Origin: Eledone cirrhosa
Lineage: Eukaryota
DNA length: 64,000 bases
Direction of reading: 5' to 3'
Assembly: GCA_964016885.1 (NCBI GenBank)
Contig: OZ024743.1
Span: 198,462,001 to 198,526,000, forward strand
Under the pieces are notes generated by a model, which was given only the letters and a program-made list of their open reading frames with translations, was not told where the DNA came from and ran no database searches. Shown here one piece after another: positions 57,287 to 64,000 of the stretch. How positions within the stretch are numbered: position 1 is the stretch's first letter; the number at the start of each line of letters is the position of its first letter. The translations under genes and the position numbers were made by a program.

Positions 57287-57346
57287 TTTTTTATATATAT
57301 TTCAAAGGTACTGTGTTGTTTTTTCAGTACGTCTTCATCAGACAAA
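57287..57346 (-). ncRNA. Type I hammerhead, family E relative
   Basis: TTTGT-CTGATGA-AGAC-GTACTG..CAGTAC-CTTT-GAAA-TATATA-TA-AAAAA. Confidence 0.55.
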
Positions 57347-57439
57347 ATATATGATTTGATATAGGACATATCGATTATATATATATATGTGTGTGTGTGT
57401 GTACGTGTGTGTGTGTTTGTGCGTGTGTGTGTATGTGTT

Positions 57440-57472
<33 letters not shown>

Positions 57473-58152
57473 ACGCGTTTGTGTGTGTGTGTGTGTACAT
57501 AATAATCGATGTTGCTACTACCAGAGTAATGTAACTACTAATTAATCTTAGCCGTTCAGATTCACAAAAAAAGGATATAAGCTTTAGCTTATTGTTGTTC
57601 AAGTACGGAATGAGTAAATATCATCGATTGCGGATACAATTTCAGAAATAGATGTATAACATTCTCAAATGCCCACTGAGATAACTGTGACATGATCACA
57701 GCTGAAACAATCACAGCGAGACTCTTGCATGTTGATTATACACAAACTTATTGTATATGCTTTCATATCAACCTCTATTATATAAATATTATAGAGATGC
57801 ATATAAAGGCAAATAAGATGTTTACGCGTAATAAATATAGAAAAGTCTCATTTTCAATATTCTAATCTGTGATCGTATCACGGTTATTTCATATTGATAT
57901 GCATTTTTAAAATATTGCTGCTTGGTGGCAGGATTTTCCTATGTCTAGGTGTGATGTTGTAGGCAGGACATTTACAATAGATTTTAGGTTTGTATTCATG
58001 GGGAGTTTTTTTTTAAATAAAAATTGTGCTAATATTCATTATTTATATCCCTGAGATCGTCTTTGACGCTATAAGACACAGGAATTCCATCCTCACTCTA
58101 AAGGTATTTACTATTTTAGTTTGTATGTATAATGTGCACCTACATAATATCG

Positions 58153-58190
<38 letters not shown>

Positions 58191-58221
58191 GTCTATACAT
58201 ACACACACACGTATATGTATG

Positions 58222-58255
<34 letters not shown>

Positions 58256-58287
58256 CGTCTATACATACACACACACGTATATGTATG

Positions 58288-58370
<83 letters not shown>

Positions 58371-58614
58371 GTGAGGATCGGCTGAACGCTCATAGGCTGA
58401 CCAAGATATTTTCATGGAATTAGCAAATGAGATTTAGTTTTCAACGTAGACCCTGGAAAATAAACAATGGAGAAACAAAGAAGAATTGAAATTGATGCAT
58501 GCAAGATGTCACAGCTCAAGTAGCAATCTTTCAGAGTTAGCCTATGAACGTTTCAGGCGACCCTCGTATGTCAAACATATGCTAAAATATATATCATGTC
58601 AGTCTCCCTTGTTT

Positions 58615-58900
58615 CTAAAAGTCTAAAGTCTGTCTTAAGCCAGAAGGCTCATTTGGCCGGTGCTTATCCCGGTTTCATGGCGTGAAGCGATTGAGAGTAC
58701 AAGACTCCCCTCTGGACAGGACGCCAGTCCATCGCAGGGTTAAACTTTCAGCTATTGCTGGTACTCATTTTCAGCTGAGTATACTAGAGCAACGTGAAAT
58801 GAATTGTTTTGCTCAAGAACACAACACGCAGTCCATGAATCGAACCCAAGACATTATGATCGTAAGTCCAACACTCTTACCACTAGGTCACGTGCCTCCA
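58615..58900 (-). mobile_element. tRNA-derived SINE family 2, full length
   Basis: A box-like TGACCTAGTGG, B box GGTTCGATTC; flanks CTCCCTTGTTT / CTCTCTTGTTT. Confidence 0.88.
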
Positions 58901-60062
58901 CCTCTCTTGTTTAGAAAAGGAGATATTTGAGTTGCTTGCATATCTTTCGTTTCCTTTTCCCTTCTTTTCTTTTTTATTCACAGTAATTATTTTTAGTAAA
59001 ACTACATTTCTTTTGATACAATTTATTAAAATTAAATCCTTTTAGTCCATATTTGGGAAGGAGGGCGATCGTGGATTATTTTCGATTCTTCGACATAAAA
59101 TACCAGACAGCTGAAAAAGTTTGTTTTAAATTTATATATAAAGAAAGAGAAACACAGAAATTTAAAATAAGGACAGGAAATGTGGAATACACATATTTTT
59201 GTTATGGTATACATTCACATGTTTATCTTTCTGTGGATGAGAAAATAAACTATTTTCTTTCTTTTCTCTTTCGGCTTCTTTTGCGCTCTTTTTTAGGAGA
59301 AAACGACAAAATGCAAGTTATATAAAGAAAGATGGAAAATGAGGGCGAAACAAGAAAACTGTTGGACACTGTCAAATTTGCTAACTATATATTGCATTGC
59401 TTGCAAACGAATGAAATTTCTACGAAATTATTAAGTGGGACATAATTTAGCTCATCATCGGTTTCCTTTATATTTTGACAAAAGACATTTTAATGGAGTA
59501 TCTTGCAGTTTCTATTAGCTAACTAGAAACACTGTAAAATAATATTTTCGAGCAGAAAATGTCATCGTCTTCATCCGACGTCCTAGCTCAGGTATGAACA
59601 TTTTACCGTGGATTTTAGTACGATGAAAATAAGGTGGTATCTCTCGTTTAACATTAGTGTTAATCTAATGATTTATCTAGTTTTCTCTTACTTTTTCAAC
59701 ACTTTTCCTTTTTTCACAGTAAATGTAAACGTTATGGTTATTACAACCGCATTTAATTTAAATTAATTTAATCTAATAAAATTAATTTCAATTATACTAT
59801 AATTTCTATATAATTTTTGTGACTTCAGCATAGAATAAGAATCTGGTACATTATTAAATTGCTATCTTTTGTATTCAAGTGACTTCAACTAATATTGTGT
59901 GTCAACCTAAGCTACAGAAAGGAAATTACGTAAACAGAATTTGTGTAAAACCCTATTCGATTAACTATATAGTTTATTCAAATGACCATTGATTCTAACC
60001 ATGGATTATATTAAGACAAGAATTGTCAGTGAAACAGCATACACTATAAAGCAGTGGATAAA

Positions 60063-60256
60063 AGACCTGTGAACATCTAAAAACCCAAACGGGGAAGTAC
60101 CATGGAAATAAATGCCTCCAAACGGAGAGAAATGAGGCAGGATGGGGATATTATACGTAATGAAAGCTATACCCATTTTCCTAAGAGAAGCCATCTCTCA
60201 CCCACCCGAAAGTGGATAGGAGATCTCCCCATTGGATGGGGAGAGTTGACATGTCT
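60063..60256. mobile_element. MITE, copy 2 of the 31104-31295 family
   Basis: AGACCTGTGAAC ... GTTGACATGTCT; collinear with copy 1. Confidence 0.7.
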
Positions 60257-60717
60257 AGAATAAGTAGGCCTACTGATAGAATAACAGAAATATCCTCCAG
60301 CGCGACTGACAAGGACTACATTCAGTCAGTCCTACTTTTGCATATATCAAACAAAGTCAAATAATGCACTTATTTCGAAGAGGCATTTGTTTTGGTAAGT
60401 GTTTTGATCGGACTCCATGTGTTGAAACAAAAGCAATTACATCGTACAATAGTTTAGTGGAAGTATGCCAGGGCTGAGATCGCAAACAGTATGATGAAGA
60501 ATCTGACACAATGTAACTAAATGATGAAAAATGTTAACAGTTTCTGCGGATTTTTTATATAACGATTCTTCCACTGCAAATATTTAAAATATAAATACAG
60601 AGTATTTTGTGTATGATAAATTATGTTATGTGATTATCAGTGTGTTTTGTGTATGTGAGTGCTGGGTATATAATTTCCTTGATATTCTACTATATTATAG
60701 AAATATGAACGATCATT

Positions 60718-60903
60718 TGGATTGGCAGTATCGGTAGAGGGTCGGACGCCATGCTTTGACGCATAGAGTTACGGCCCTTATCATTCTGAGTTCAAATCCC
60801 GCCGAGGTTAACTTCGCCTTTCATCCTTACGGGGTCGATAAAATAAAGTACCAGTAATGTACTGGGTAATCTGCTGGTCTTGTGCCAAATGTAGAAACAA
60901 TTA
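60718..60903 (+). mobile_element. SINE family 1 (short variant)
   Basis: Near-identical to the 33.5-33.9 kb units. Confidence 0.92.
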
Positions 60904-61085
60904 TATATATAATGACATGAATGCATTGTGTACAGTGTTTATAAATATGCCTGTTCTTGCAAATGTATGCGCACACACACAAACACAAACACACACATGT
61001 ATATGTATATATATATATTTGTATATATATGTATATATATATAAGTATATATATATGTATATATCTATATATATATATATGTATG

Positions 61086-61122
<37 letters not shown>

Positions 61123-61801
61123 ATGTGTGTGTGTATTTATTTCATTAGGAATAATCAGAACTTAAAACAAAAGTCCTAACGCTAATTTTGTCGTCTATCG
61201 CCAGAAACAAAAGAATTATAGATAGATAAATAAATAACAAAATAAATAACTACACAACAACTAAAAATCACAAAACAAAAACACTGAATTCATCAATGAT
61301 ATTTCGAAAAATTTTCAGGCGAAGATTTTCAAAAGATTTTATTTAAAGAAAATATACATTGAATTGAGTTGAAAGAAGTTTAAAGAGAATAGAGCTTTCT
61401 AAGAAAAGGTAGTAAAACAAATAGGAATTATTTCGCGAAATATTTCATATGGCTCCATTTTGTTTAATTTGTTATCTTTTGTTGTCTTTTCTTTTGTGTT
61501 GTGCTTGTCTTGTTTCTAGATGCCTCCAATTCATTAGAGAATAAAGATTTTATGCTGCAAGTGTTTTCAAACACACATTTTACAATGCAATAGTGATGAT
61601 ATATAGAGAAATTCTGTTTGATAAAAACGAAAACCCCTAGAAAAGTAAAATAAGAAATTAATTTTTTTTAAAGTAGAGCTATTCAATACATGTGAATATA
61701 TCTGTTTTAGATATGAAATTAATATTTGTAAATCGCCCTACTCCTTGTTATTGTCGTTAGTGTTGCTATTCTTCTGATTAATATAATTGATATTTATTTT
61801 A

Positions 61802-62436
61802 GGGCAGATTAGTTAGAGCGTCAGACTAAATATCTCGTGGTATTTCATCATGGCCCTTTACGTTCTGAGATGAATTTGCCTTTCATCCTTACGCGGTTGG
61901 TAAAATAAAGAACTAGTGACGCGCTGGGGTCTCTGTAATAAAATGTTCTCTCCTCCAAAATTGTTGGCTTTGTGCCTAAATCAGAAATCATTATTGGAAG
62001 ACAGTAAATAGGTAGAGCGTTGGATGACATGCTTTGCGACATATATTTATTGCCCTTTATGTTCTGAGTTTAATTCCCGACGAGATTAGCTTTACCGTTC
62101 ATCCATATGCGGTCGATAAATTAAAGTACCAGTATAGCAATGGGGGCGATTTAATCAACTTTGACCTTCCCTACAAATTGATGGATTTGTGCCAAATGTA
62201 GAAACAATTATCATAGTGAAATGGATTGCCAGTATCAGCAGAGACTTTAACAAAATTCTTTACCGCATTTAGTTTCGACTTTCTACGTTCTGTGTTGAAA
62301 TCTCGTCGAGGTCAGTTTTATCTTTCATCCATCCGGGTCGATAAAAGAATGTAGCAGTTATGTACTAGGCCGATATCATTGAATTTTAACTTACTCCGAT
62401 ATTGCTGGGCTTGTTCCCAAATTCAAAGCCATTATA
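61802..62436 (+). mobile_element. Three old head-to-tail SINE family 1 copies
   Basis: Repeated GTTCTG(A/T)G..TTCATCC..ATAAA/GTAAA..TTGT(G/T)CC modules at ~200-210 bp spacing. Confidence 0.8.
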
Positions 62437-62846
62437 AATATGAAATACTGAAACGCTTGATAAGGTTTGAAAGTCTTAGAGGATGTAGGAATCCCAAACG
62501 CAGAAAATAACAGGAGACAGTCGCTTGCCATAAACAGTAGTTTAGAAAATATACCGAAGATCATACTTTTAATCTACAAGCATATTTTACAAACATATTC
62601 TACCCTAAAAATCAATAAAAACACAATATACTATTAGCATAAAAATAGAAGAGAATATAACGGGGATCGGGACGTAGCGCTGTATCTTTAAAGTGATACA
62701 CATTTAAAACATCTCATCTTTGGTGGGCGGGAAATGAAATGTTTCGACTAGATAACGAAACAATGCAAGAGAAGCTTATAGTCATCTATAAATTATGTAT
62801 ATTCTACATTTCTAAACAAGTTGATCCTACATAAAACAAATTCATC

Positions 62847-63289
62847 CGACATGAAATAATGGTTTCTAATTTAGGCACAAGGCCAGCAATTTGAAGGGGA
62901 GGGGAAAGTTGATTAAATCGACCCCAATGCTTACTGGTACTTTATTTTATCAACCCCGTAAATATGAAATGCAAAGATAACATCGGTGGGATTTGAAATC
63001 ACAACGTAAAGTGTCGTAACTCTATGCCATGAAGCATTTAGTCCGACGATTTACCGATTCTACCATTCCTCACATTCATTCGACATGAAATAATTGTTTC
63101 TACATTAGGCACAAGGCCAGCAATTACCCAGTGCATTACTGGTACTTTATTTTATCGACCTCGTGAGTATGAAAGGCAAAGTCAACCTCGGCGGGATTTG
63201 AACTCAGATCGTAAAGGGACGTAACTATGCTGGAAAGCATGGCGTCCGACCCTCTACTGCCAATCCACAGCCCTTCGACATGAAATAAT
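62847..63289 (-). mobile_element. Two SINE family 1 copies (long and short variants) delimited by three target-site copies
   Basis: CGACATGAAATAAT at 62847, 63081 and 63276. Confidence 0.9.
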
Positions 63290-63721
63290 GCCGATTCTTC
63301 AATATGTCAATATGTCTATATTTTGATTTTTTCCCGATTAGTTCGGATCTTTTTTTTTTTCATTTTTTTGTGGTTATCTTTTTTTCATAGTGATGCGCAG
63401 AAAATGTTATTAGATACTAATCAAATTCTAATTTGAATATTATCGTTTTCACACCGCCAGAAGTAATTTCAGACCGCTTCGTAATAATGTTTATATTAGT
63501 CATTAATTAGATTGCTCTCAGAATTTCTATTTATACATAAACTCGGTAATTCTTCACATTCTAAGATGATGTAAAAATGTACATTCTTAAAGCATACATA
63601 CATACATATATACATATATGCATAAATACATACATATATACATATATACATACATAATAAGTCAATAATAGTTTTAAAAATAGGGTAAAGTATCGCGGGA
63701 GACGGAAAAGATTGGACAGAG

Positions 63722-63795
63722 ATAGGTACCAGCGAGGAATCGAACCAAAGCATTCTCGGATACCAGGGCGGTGCATTGATCATTACACTAATTCC
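63722..63795 (-). other. tRNA-derived segment (SINE head or tRNA pseudogene)
   Basis: Minus strand TAGTGTAATGA (A box-like) and GGTTCGATTCC (B box); no proper cloverleaf. Confidence 0.5.
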
Positions 63796-64000
63796 TTCTA
63801 TTAAAAATGTTTAAAACCTGTAGCTTGAGCTGTAAACAACGGTTGACTTACGAATCAGACCCCTGACTCAGAGGGGCAAACCTATGATCCGCCAAACTTG
63901 TGCAGATCTCTTCGTTGTTAAGGTAGTTGTTATTATTTTTATTTATATGCTGTGTTTTTTGTTGTTGTCGTAGATGTTTGTTATTTGAGGCTTGGTGGTT

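Noticed and set aside
63722-63795. Functional tRNA gene
   Set aside because: A and B boxes are present but the acceptor and anticodon stems do not pair

Overview
A 64 kb window of very AT-rich animal DNA, saturated with microsatellites. It looks intergenic or intronic, and the repeat repertoire resembles an Octopus-type cephalopod (inference only). No intact protein-coding gene is visible; most ORFs in the track are translations of (TA)n, (CA)n, (TCA)n or (TAG)n. Recognisable elements are: a complete but frameshifted pogo/Tigger transposon (12044-14017), a non-autonomous Helitron-like element, two MITE families, RTE and L1/Tx1 LINE 3' ends, many tRNA-derived SINEs, and three copies of a ~610 bp non-coding RTE-like element. 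The main signal is a set of short non-coding insertions in (TA)n tracts that are built as fold-back (inverted) structures and carry minimal type I hammerhead ribozymes of the Penelope-like element (PLE) kind. One family (32.2-33.0 kb, 41.6-42.0 kb, 54.7-55.0 kb, 56.1-57.2 kb) has a ~420-510 bp ORF-less unit in partial tandem. Its helices covary across three subfamilies, and an octamer/PSE-like/TATA cassette lies just upstream of the ribozyme. It is a candidate self-cleaving, self-promoting, retrozyme-like RNA system. All folds and alignments were done by eye, and no database searches were run.
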